Assembly (NCBI GenBank): GCA_964563935.1
Contig: CAZLZE010000002.1
Span: 6,205 to 70,204, forward strand
Length of the DNA stretch: 64,000 nt
DNA from: an uncultured Phycisphaerae bacterium
Lineage (GTDB): Bacteria > Planctomycetota > Phycisphaerae > JAAYCJ01
Reading direction: 5' to 3'
Below the pieces are notes generated by a model that ran no database searches, had not been told where the DNA came from, and was given only the letters and a program-made list of their open reading frames with translations. The number at the start of each line of letters is the position of its first letter. The stretch's first letter is position 1. The position numbers were made by a program, and so were the translations under genes. This document shows positions 1 through 7,418 of this stretch, in pieces.

Positions 1-638
1 AGACCTACCAGCCCGAATACACCGCATCGCGGGAACGAACCGAAGTGAAGCTGACACTCGAACCTTACCAGTCCACGTTCATCGTTTTCGAGGATGGAGA
101 GTCCCTGAATTCCGACGCGATGGAAAGAAGATGGCTGGAGAAGGAGTTGGTGTTCGGACCCGCTCTCGGCGGTCCGTGGAAGGTCTCCTCCGCCACGGCG
201 AAAGAATATCCCCGCTTCACTCCGCGTCCCGAGATCACCGGGCTTGGAAACATCTCCATCCCCTCCGTTCTCCCGAACTTCTCCGGAACTCTTCGATATG
301 AAATGACGTTCGATCTCCAGGACATCCCGGCGGCGAAAGCAGATGTAAAGGTCTTCCTGGATCTGGGCAAGGTCTATGAACTGGCAGACGTTCGATTAAA
401 CGGTAAACACGTCGGAACCCGGATCTGCCCCCCCTATCGCCTGAACATCACCGACACCGTCAAACCCGGGAAGAACGAGCTTCAAGTAGACGTGACGAAC
501 ACGCTGGCCAAGCAGCTTGGAACCAACGGACTCGATCGAGCCTGGCCTCAGGAACCGTCGGGCCTTCTTGGCCCGGTCCGGCTGGCGTGGACGACAGGGA
601 AACCCGAGCAAGACGAATTCCTAATGACGAATGTCTAA
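1..638 (+). CDS. Glycoside hydrolase C-terminal beta-sandwich (GH2/GH106-type), 5'-partial
   Basis: Frame is open from the window edge. Motif DLGKVYELADVRLNGKHVGTRICPPYRLNIT..VKPGKNELQVDVTNTL..PSGLLGPVRL is typical of these C-terminal domains. Confidence 0.75.
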   Translation, partial: TYQPEYTASRERTEVKLTLEPYQSTFIVFEDGESLNSDAMERRWLEKELVFGPALGGPWKVSSATAKEYPRFTPRPEITGLGNISIPSVLPNFSGTLRYEMTFDLQDIPAAKADVKVFLDLGKVYELADVRLNGKHVGTRICPPYRLNITDTVKPGKNELQVDVTNTLAKQLGTNGLDRAWPQEPSGLLGPVRLAWTTGKPEQDEFLMTNV

Positions 639-745
639 TCAATGTCGAATGCCTCAATGACGAACCAGGAGGCGTGCCCTGGGCGAAGCTCTGATCTCCT
701 AAGCTGAAAGCTGAGAGCTGACGACTGAGAGCTCTTCTCGTCATT
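621..745. repeat. Short-period (7-nt) imperfect repeat element with inverted ends
   Basis: AATGACG/AATGTC(T/G) units at 621-664; AGCTGAA-AGCTGAG-AGCTGAC-GACTGAG at 702-729; CTCGTCATT (737-745) is a near reverse complement of AATGACGAA. Confidence 0.7.
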
Positions 746-843
746 GTGGAGGGTAGGATAACATCGCGTCCTTGCATGTAGCCGGCCCGGGTCCATAGGC
801 AGACACAGTAAAAATGTTCTTGCGCTTTTCTTTGGCCCGGATA

Positions 844-871
844 TTGAACTTTCCAGAGAAATGACTACAAT
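844..871 (+). promoter_or_regulatory. Putative sigma70 promoter for tRNA-His
   Basis: TTGAAC (844-849), 16 nt, TACAAT (866-871); 15 nt upstream of the tRNA. Confidence 0.55.
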
Positions 872-885
872 ATTATAGCTTACAT

Positions 886-960
886 GGTGAGAGTAGCTCA
901 ATTGGTTAGAGCACCAGGTTGTGGTCCTGGGGGTTGCGGGTTCGATTCCCGTCTCCCACC
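886..960 (+). tRNA. trnH: tRNA-His (GTG), CCA not encoded
   Basis: Encoded G-1 and C73. D arm AGCTCAATTGGTTAGAGC; anticodon arm CCAGG-TTGTGGT-CCTGG; T arm GCGGG-TTCGATT-CCCGT; acceptor GTGAGAG/CTCCCAC with one A-C mismatch. Confidence 0.97.
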
Positions 961-962
961 CG

Positions 963-1961
963 TTGAACTGGTTGGCAATTTTGGAACATTATGATCTGCC
1001 CCGGCAGGTGAATCTGGTTCCCATCGGGGGAACGGCGAGTCAGAGCCTCCGGGTGGAAACGGCGACCGGAAACTATATCCTCCGATGTCGACCGGCGGGG
1101 ATGGCTAAAGAAGAATTCATCGAATACGATCATACCTTGCGCACGTTTCTCGCCGATCATTATTTTCCCACGCCCAGACTCAAGCCCGCGAAATCCGGAT
1201 ACACCTGGGTGGAAGTAGACGGACAGATATTCGAAATGTCCTGCCTCCTGGCCGGCCAGGTTGTTCCCGTGCCCAACGCCCGCCAACTGCATTCCGCGGG
1301 ACACGCCCTCGCCCTGTTTCACCAACTGACAGTTGATTTTGATCATCCCGGAAAAGCAAACTTCGTCCGTGAGGACCACGTCTCAATACTTCAGCCGCTG
1401 CTCGATGAACTGTACACTCTGGCACAAGACACCCGCGAGCGGGAGGAACTGGACCAGATCCAGGGACAACTAAAAATCCTCAGCACGCTCGACGCCGACG
1501 GATTCTTCGAGCCCCTTCAGCCGGGGGTGATCCACGGCGACCTTCATCCGGGGAACGTCTTGTTCACGGGCAATTATGTCTCCGCCCTGCTGGATTATGA
1601 TTACGCCAGCCCGGGTCCCGCCATGCGCGATATCGGCGACGGCCTCGTCTTCTTTGCCTCGCGGCGACCGCGGGATTTCGACCTCAACGATATCTGGTCG
1701 CTGACGCAAGGCTGGAAACCGGACACCGATCGGGCGATGGCGTTCCTTCGCGGCTACACCTCCATTCGACCGCTGCCCGACGACTGGCCCACGACCAGCC
1801 ACATCCTGCTTTCCCGCTGGCTTCAGGTAAAACTGCGAGGCTCGCGAAAAGTGCCGAAGGAAGAAAAAATCCGCTTCGTGCTGACAGACCTGTGGGACGT
1901 CGTCCGCTGGCTGGAACATTACTTCCACGGCTGGTTCACACAGTTGATCATGGACCTGTAG
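963..1961 (+). CDS. Phosphotransferase (APH / type II homoserine kinase family)
   Basis: Brenner motif IHGDLHPGNVLF and LLDYD. The track start (921) lies inside the tRNA; the first usable start is TTG at 963 (972 and 981 are alternatives). Confidence 0.85.
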   Translation: MNWLAILEHYDLPRQVNLVPIGGTASQSLRVETATGNYILRCRPAGMAKEEFIEYDHTLRTFLADHYFPTPRLKPAKSGYTWVEVDGQIFEMSCLLAGQVVPVPNARQLHSAGHALALFHQLTVDFDHPGKANFVREDHVSILQPLLDELYTLAQDTREREELDQIQGQLKILSTLDADGFFEPLQPGVIHGDLHPGNVLFTGNYVSALLDYDYASPGPAMRDIGDGLVFFASRRPRDFDLNDIWSLTQGWKPDTDRAMAFLRGYTSIRPLPDDWPTTSHILLSRWLQVKLRGSRKVPKEEKIRFVLTDLWDVVRWLEHYFHGWFTQLIMDL

Positions 1962-1990
1962 CGTTGCGGCGACAGAGCCACATTCATCGC

Positions 1991-2099
1991 AATGTCTAAT
2001 GACGAATCAATGACCAAATTCCGAATGACCTAAAAGAGCTTCGCCCACGTCACGCCTCACGGTTCGTCATTAGACATTCGTCATTAGGAACTCGTCATT
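1991..2099. repeat. Palindromic AATGAC-type repeat element
   Basis: AATGTCTAATGACGAA (1991-2006) and its exact reverse complement TTCGTCATTAGACATT (2063-2078), plus extra degenerate units; same family as 621-745. Confidence 0.8.
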
Positions 2100-2156
2100 T
2101 CAGATCCGCCCTTAGACGGGTCCACCACTTCCGAGCCGTAGACCGCGGACTGTTTT

Positions 2157-2267
2157 CCACCGCAAAGGTCGCGAAGGACGCAGAGCAGAGGTAACTGTCT
2201 CGTTAAGATCGGAACTCTACGTTCTTTGCGATTCGATCTTTTTCGTGTCTTGGCGCCTTCGTGGTGA
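2157..2267. repeat. Palindromic 9-nt-period repeat element
   Basis: CGCAAAGGT-CGCGAAGGA-CGCAGAGCA (2161-2187) face inverted units CTCTACGTT-CTTTGCGAT (2215-2232) and CTTGGCGC-CTTCGTGGT (2249-2265). Confidence 0.7.
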
Positions 2268-2515
2268 GCAAGATGGTGGGCACAGATCACTGCTCCCCTT
2301 CTATCCTCCTCGCTGAAAGTCGACGGCGAAGAAGAAATTTCACCGCCCCCACTCCCAGATAACCACTGCTCAGGGCTGGCCTTAGCGATTTCGCCCCATC
2401 CCCATCAAAAAAAACATAAAAAATCTCAAAAAAGTTCCCCAAACTTTGCCCGCCAGTGTCACCATTCTATAGAGACGAACGGATATTCTTGTTCGAATCA
2501 GGAGTTGACGGACCG

Positions 2516-3520
2516 ATGAACGACAAAACGACACAATGGACGATGGTCGCCTCGATGCTGGGCCTCAACCGCCTGCCGCAGGCGTGGAAATGGCCCGGAA
2601 GGTCGATTCGTATCCCTCGGATCGCCGGGTACGATGTCGTCCGGGTACTTCTGGGCCTCGTGCTGCTGACGGCGGCGGGACTTAAGGGCTATCAACTGGC
2701 CACCGAGCCGACGCTGGACAAAACTCTCTTCACCTCCCGGTGGCTCCTGATTGCCCAGGTGGAGTTTGAGCTTTTCATGGGCATCTTCCTCCTAAGCGGG
2801 TTATATAAGCGCCTGGTCTGGCTGGTGATGCTTGTCTGTTTTGTCGCCTTTTCGTGCGTGACGCTGTACAAGGGTCTTTCCGGCGAGGCGTCCTGCGGGT
2901 GTTTCGGGAAGATTGAAATCAATCCTTGGTATACGTTTGTGTTCGATACCTGTGCCATCATGGTATTATTGACGTTTCGCCCCGAAAGGACCAATTCTCG
3001 TCCCATGCAACCCAGCTGGGGAAGACCCGTGATGTTAGTGGTGCTAGTCCTCGCCGCCACCATCTCCGGCGGCTGGACCATGGCCAGGTATCAGCCTGCC
3101 GTTCTCGACTCCGACGGCGATCTGATCGGAGACAGTGATTTCATCGTCCTCGAACCGGAAGCGTGGATCGGAAAACCTCTCCCGCTTCTGAGGTATATCG
3201 ACATCGGTCACAGATTGGCAAAAGGGAAATGGGTGGTGATCCTGTATCATCATGATTGCGCTGACTGCAAGGAGGCCATTCCCAAATACGAGCAGATGGC
3301 CCTCGAAGTTGCTGACAAACCGGAAGCACCTCGATTCGCCTTCATTGAAGTGCCACCGTGTGTAGTGGATCGCTTCGATCCAAGAATCGCGGTTTGTGAC
3401 TACGGAGTTCTGACGGATAGGAAACAGTGGTTCGTTGAGACGCCGACAGTCATTTCATTGGAAGATGGCAAAGTGATACAGACGTCACGCGGTCTCTTCC
3501 AGAGCGGTGAAAGGGGGTGA
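2516..3520 (+). CDS. MauE/DoxX-family membrane protein fused to thioredoxin-like domain
   Basis: Several TM helices with SCGCFG motif; C-terminal LYHHDCADC (CxxC) in a Trx-like beta-alpha context. ATG 2516 follows GGAG. Confidence 0.8.
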   Translation: MNDKTTQWTMVASMLGLNRLPQAWKWPGRSIRIPRIAGYDVVRVLLGLVLLTAAGLKGYQLATEPTLDKTLFTSRWLLIAQVEFELFMGIFLLSGLYKRLVWLVMLVCFVAFSCVTLYKGLSGEASCGCFGKIEINPWYTFVFDTCAIMVLLTFRPERTNSRPMQPSWGRPVMLVVLVLAATISGGWTMARYQPAVLDSDGDLIGDSDFIVLEPEAWIGKPLPLLRYIDIGHRLAKGKWVVILYHHDCADCKEAIPKYEQMALEVADKPEAPRFAFIEVPPCVVDRFDPRIAVCDYGVLTDRKQWFVETPTVISLEDGKVIQTSRGLFQSGERG

Positions 3521-3611
3521 TGCCTATGAGCGTCTTATGAAGTCGTTAGTGTGGAATCTGGTCAGATTTGCGCTATGAAGGACAATTCTGTCAATGAAAG
3601 GAAAAACTCAA

Positions 3612-4031
3612 ATGAAATGGAAGATTCTAGTTGTTTTGGGGCTCATTCTGCTGGCGTGTGCCAGCCAAACCGTCACAGCCATGACACCCTTGTCGGAAGA
3701 TCAAATGGAGTCTGTAGTTGGCGCTTCAGGCTTCATGCAGTCATGTACTGGTACTTCGAACTGTCCGGGAAGGTGCGTGGCGCCAACCAAATGCACGCAG
3801 GTAATTACTCCGTTGACACACTATTGCCGCAGGGACAATGGTACGGCCGGATGCAGCAGTTCCGGGACATTCAAGGATTGTGAATGGGCGTGGTGTCTAT
3901 GGTGCTCGAATGGCGGGCCCGGACGATGTGGAAACTACGAGCTTCCGTACTGTGAATCGTCGTATGGATACTGCACAGGTATGGCTGGCTGCTCAAATAC
4001 GGGCGCTGCTTGTAAAAATGATTGCACATAG
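3612..4031 (+). CDS. Secreted Cys-rich precursor with signal peptide and double-glycine-type leader
   Basis: RBS GAAAGGA. MKWKILVVLGLILLACASQTVTA, then MTPLSEDQMESVVGA, then a 101-aa core with 15 Cys. Confidence 0.85.
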   Translation: MKWKILVVLGLILLACASQTVTAMTPLSEDQMESVVGASGFMQSCTGTSNCPGRCVAPTKCTQVITPLTHYCRRDNGTAGCSSSGTFKDCEWAWCLWCSNGGPGRCGNYELPYCESSYGYCTGMAGCSNTGAACKNDCT

Positions 4032-4045
4032 TTAACCATAACGAC

Positions 4046-4084
4046 ACAATGTTATTCAGGCTGATTTAGCCTGAATAACATTGT
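4046..4084 (+). terminator. Perfect 17-bp stem-loop (terminator or mRNA-stabilising hairpin)
   Basis: ACAATGTTATTCAGGCT-GATTT-AGCCTGAATAACATTGT, followed only by a weak T-rich tail. Confidence 0.7.
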
Positions 4085-4110
4085 ACTATTTATTGGAAGG
4101 ATTTCACATT

Positions 4111-5520
4111 ATGTTAAAGCACATTGGAAATGGACTGTTTATAATCGGGCTTCTTGTTTTGCCTCAAATCTGTGCAGCTGTTCACGCTGAAGGGATTCAA
4201 GTGGAGGATGTACTGGACGGCATGGAGGCACGGCGGTCTCAGATTGCTGATATGGAGCATCAGTATACCATCAGCCAGAACAACACAGACGACTTCTATA
4301 AGTTTTCCAGGCAGAGGGTTGAGGAATATAGACAACAATCCCCGGACTTGGCCGAGAAGGCGGGAGGACTGATCGTTCCTGAGGGTCTGAGTGCATCTCG
4401 AGAGTCATCCTCAAGCTATCATCTCTTTGTGAAAGGAAACAAGCGAGCTTTCGAAGACTACAGCGTTAACACTAAGGACAAATCACGAACCCTTATGCAG
4501 CAAGGGGCATACGATGGCGAGACCCTCAAACTCCTAGAACCGCAACGGTTAAGCGGCCTCTTGAAACGAGAGTCGCCTCAGAATATTCTCCGGTTCCCGA
4601 CGTTCCCCAAGATGTTGGGATTGGAAGGCCGAGAGTTATCTGAATACCTCAAAAGTGACGGGGTGGAGTGTCAGGTCACGGGAACCAAGATTGTTGATGG
4701 GGACACGAACGTGGAATTGCTCATCCGCCGCCGACACACACCCGTGCCCGAACAGCCCATCGAGACAGTTATTGAACATCGCGTGACGATCAATGCACAG
4801 AAGAACTTCTGGCCGACGAAAATCGAGCGATATGATGAGATCCGAAACGTGTCGACCGGTGAATCCGCCCGTTCCCTGAAAAAACGGATTGAGGTTGGGG
4901 AGTTTGCGGAAAGCAATGGCGTCTTTTTCCCAAAACAGATTCAGGAGAGCAACTACGAATGTGAATACAGCTATTCCCAGGGAGGGCTCATTCCCAAGCT
5001 GTCCGAACCCAAACTGACGGCGTCAGTCCGGACCGTTACCGAAAAGCTCGCCATCAATACAGGATTGTCCGATGATGCCTTCAAGCTGGAGTTCCCGAAA
5101 GGTACTCGCTATTACGACGCAAACTTGGGCATGGCCGTCGTCGTCGGCGCCGATCCTCTGCAAATGGCCGAGGAAATGGCTCGCAACGCCGATGCCCTCC
5201 CGGTCAAACTGTTCACCGAAGAGCAGGCCAAAGCCATTCTCGAACTCCGGCGACAAGGGAAGGTTAAAGAGGCTGAAGCCCTCAGGCGGCAGATTCTGGA
5301 CGCAAAACGCCCACCAGCAGCGACTACCAAACCGTCCGAACTCGCGAGCACCCCGACCTCAACGCCTGCTGGAGCCAAGGTCCCCGTAACCACTGTCGTA
5401 CAAGCAGGCGGGACCTCCTGGCTTGTCTACGCGGTCGTCATCTTGTTCTGTTTTGTTCTCGGCGCCGCTTTGGTTCTTGTCCGCCGATGGAGGAATGAAC
5501 ATGTCAATGAGCATCGATAG
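4111..5520 (+). CDS. Secreted hypothetical protein with C-terminal membrane anchor
   Basis: Signal peptide MLKHIG..AVHA; beta-rich body ending FKLEFPKGTRYYD; Pro/Thr-rich linker; TM helix and RRWR tail. Confidence 0.8.
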   Translation: MLKHIGNGLFIIGLLVLPQICAAVHAEGIQVEDVLDGMEARRSQIADMEHQYTISQNNTDDFYKFSRQRVEEYRQQSPDLAEKAGGLIVPEGLSASRESSSSYHLFVKGNKRAFEDYSVNTKDKSRTLMQQGAYDGETLKLLEPQRLSGLLKRESPQNILRFPTFPKMLGLEGRELSEYLKSDGVECQVTGTKIVDGDTNVELLIRRRHTPVPEQPIETVIEHRVTINAQKNFWPTKIERYDEIRNVSTGESARSLKKRIEVGEFAESNGVFFPKQIQESNYECEYSYSQGGLIPKLSEPKLTASVRTVTEKLAINTGLSDDAFKLEFPKGTRYYDANLGMAVVVGADPLQMAEEMARNADALPVKLFTEEQAKAILELRRQGKVKEAEALRRQILDAKRPPAATTKPSELASTPTSTPAGAKVPVTTVVQAGGTSWLVYAVVILFCFVLGAALVLVRRWRNEHVNEHR

Positions 5521-7300
5521 AATCAGATCCGTTCCGTTCGTGCCCGATTTGTGTTTCTCCGGGCACGTGTCGAGAGCAAAACGCCGTGTGTACGATCTCA
5601 TCAATGCGATCAACAGGTACGCACATGTGAGGCGCAATCGGCACCGTGCTGTGATGCTGATTCTGGGTACGTGCCTTTGTGTTTCGTCTGTTCTTGCCGA
5701 TCAGGGCGACATCCGGCCGATCCGTAACTGCGGCGCGCAGTGTGCCCTTATGCTGTGTCGATACTTTCAGGTCAATGTTCAGGAGGAACAGTTACAGAAG
5801 TACCTTGGTCCGCAAGATAAGGGGACTGTGTCCCTGCACGAATTGAAAGAATGCTTCCAAGCCCTTGGGTTTGACTCCCTTGCCTTTCAAGGGGACTCGG
5901 AGGACTTGAAGAAGAGCGTACATCCGATTATCCTGCATTTCCGGCCGGTACGAAATGAAAAAGTGGGGCATTTCCTCGTGGTCATGATGGACTTCAAACG
6001 CGGCCAGCTCGTGGCGTACGACCCCTCGTTTGCCGGGCGGCCTATTGATCTGGATGATAAGACCCTCCAAAGGTACTGGACGGGAAAGGGACTGATGGTT
6101 TGGCCTCGCTATGCCAACCATTTGCCACAAGAACGTTTCCCGGGATCGCTGTGGCTTTCGGCTCTTGCTTCTGTGTTCTGTGGAGCAGTCTTCACCCATC
6201 TACTCACCTTCCGTTCTCAGAAAGGAATCTTCTTCGTCCCATTACTGGTTTGGGCGGCGGGACTCTGTTACGCTGAAGCCAAGCCGTCTGCTCTTCCTAC
6301 CGTCAAGCCTGAAAAGGAAGTCAACTTGGGGATGCTTCCTGAAGGACGCAATGAAGTGCAGTACGACTTCTCCTGGCGGAACCCCTATTCCGAGACGTTG
6401 ACGATTCAGCGAATCTCCAAAAGCTGTGGATGTGAAGTCGTGCGCCCGAGCGCAATGCAGATACCACCCCAAGGAGATCTCAAACTGCATCTCTACGTCG
6501 ATGCGGCCAAATGGAATGGACAGGCAGCAGTATCCTTTGTCGTCTTCTTCACCAAGTCCTCCATTCAGCCCAGACTCTTCACCCTGAACTTCTTCCGACC
6601 GAAAAGTCTGCAGGCCGATCCGCCGACCGTGGATTTCCAGACCGTTGACGACCCATCGACCGCCATTCGATCATTCAGGTTCGCGTGGGTCTCCGATAAG
6701 ACACAGAAGAATGTGCACATTGAGGAAAGCAAAATCACCTGTAATCGCGACCTCCTGCGCTGCCGATTCCTGAAGACCACCACCAGGGAATTTCGTCTTC
6801 CCAATGCGGCCGCCGTGACCCGGGAACAGGCATTCTTTTACGAGGTTCGTACCGCGCCCGGAATCCGTGAAGGCGAGTTCCATGATACCATTAGTATTCC
6901 GGTTCAGATTGGAGACGACAGACGGGTGCTTCGCGTCCCCGTTGCTGGATATGTTCCGAAGCAGATAACCGCTCAACCATCCAAGATTATTGCGTTCCTG
7001 TCACCCGATAAGATTCAGACGGCGAAATGGCTGGTATCCCTGGTGGCGCGAAAGGACATGAAAGCTCCAGAGAATACAGTAGTCAGTGGCATTGAATACG
7101 ATCGGAGCAAGCTGTCGGTTGTCGCGTTGACTAGGCCCCAAATGAAAGATGGGAACATCATTCAGACACTGCAAATCTCTCTCAACAAGAATGCGGCCGG
7201 AGACTCCGTCAAAACAGCAATCCATCTCCTGTGTCAAGTTGGCAAGGAGAAGGTCAATCTGGACATTCCAGTGAAAGTTATCGTTGCCACGCGGAAGTGA
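5501..7300 (+). CDS. C39-family cysteine peptidase fused to TM segment and DUF1573-like Ig domain(s); start uncertain
   Basis: NCGAQCALML..YF, IILH..GHFLVV and VAYDPS give a Cys/His/Asp triad; later WRNPYSETLTIQRISKSCGCE (DUF1573-like); no ABC domain. Start could be 5495, 5501 or ~5651. Confidence 0.8.
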   Translation: MSMSIDRIRSVPFVPDLCFSGHVSRAKRRVYDLINAINRYAHVRRNRHRAVMLILGTCLCVSSVLADQGDIRPIRNCGAQCALMLCRYFQVNVQEEQLQKYLGPQDKGTVSLHELKECFQALGFDSLAFQGDSEDLKKSVHPIILHFRPVRNEKVGHFLVVMMDFKRGQLVAYDPSFAGRPIDLDDKTLQRYWTGKGLMVWPRYANHLPQERFPGSLWLSALASVFCGAVFTHLLTFRSQKGIFFVPLLVWAAGLCYAEAKPSALPTVKPEKEVNLGMLPEGRNEVQYDFSWRNPYSETLTIQRISKSCGCEVVRPSAMQIPPQGDLKLHLYVDAAKWNGQAAVSFVVFFTKSSIQPRLFTLNFFRPKSLQADPPTVDFQTVDDPSTAIRSFRFAWVSDKTQKNVHIEESKITCNRDLLRCRFLKTTTREFRLPNAAAVTREQAFFYEVRTAPGIREGEFHDTISIPVQIGDDRRVLRVPVAGYVPKQITAQPSKIIAFLSPDKIQTAKWLVSLVARKDMKAPENTVVSGIEYDRSKLSVVALTRPQMKDGNIIQTLQISLNKNAAGDSVKTAIHLLCQVGKEKVNLDIPVKVIVATRK

Positions 7301-7418
7301 TGCCAGTACGTTCCGTGAGTTGGGTAGCCGAGTATCCACGACAACGCCCGAGATATTGTCAAATCCGGTGGACGAGAATTTATTCAAGCGGCAACCTCCT
7401 TGATGCCGTCTACGAAAT

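Noticed and set aside
886-960. tRNA-His as attachment site of an integrative element
   Set aside because: No integrase in the window and I found no duplicated tRNA 3' end; an att site beyond the window cannot be excluded.
921-962. N-terminal extension of the kinase ORF
   Set aside because: It lies within the tRNA-His gene.
621-2267. Repeats as a CRISPR array
   Set aside because: Units are 7-9 nt, degenerate and palindromic, with no constant 23-47-nt repeats, unique spacers or cas genes.
3555-3568. AATCTG-GT-CAGATT inverted repeat upstream of the precursor
   Set aside because: A 6-bp arm can arise by chance, with no second copy or candidate regulator nearby.
3612-4031. Precursor as lanthipeptide, ranthipeptide or methylamine dehydrogenase small subunit
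   Set aside because: No LanB/C/M, radical SAM, MauG or large subunit nearby, and no recognisable MauA similarity.
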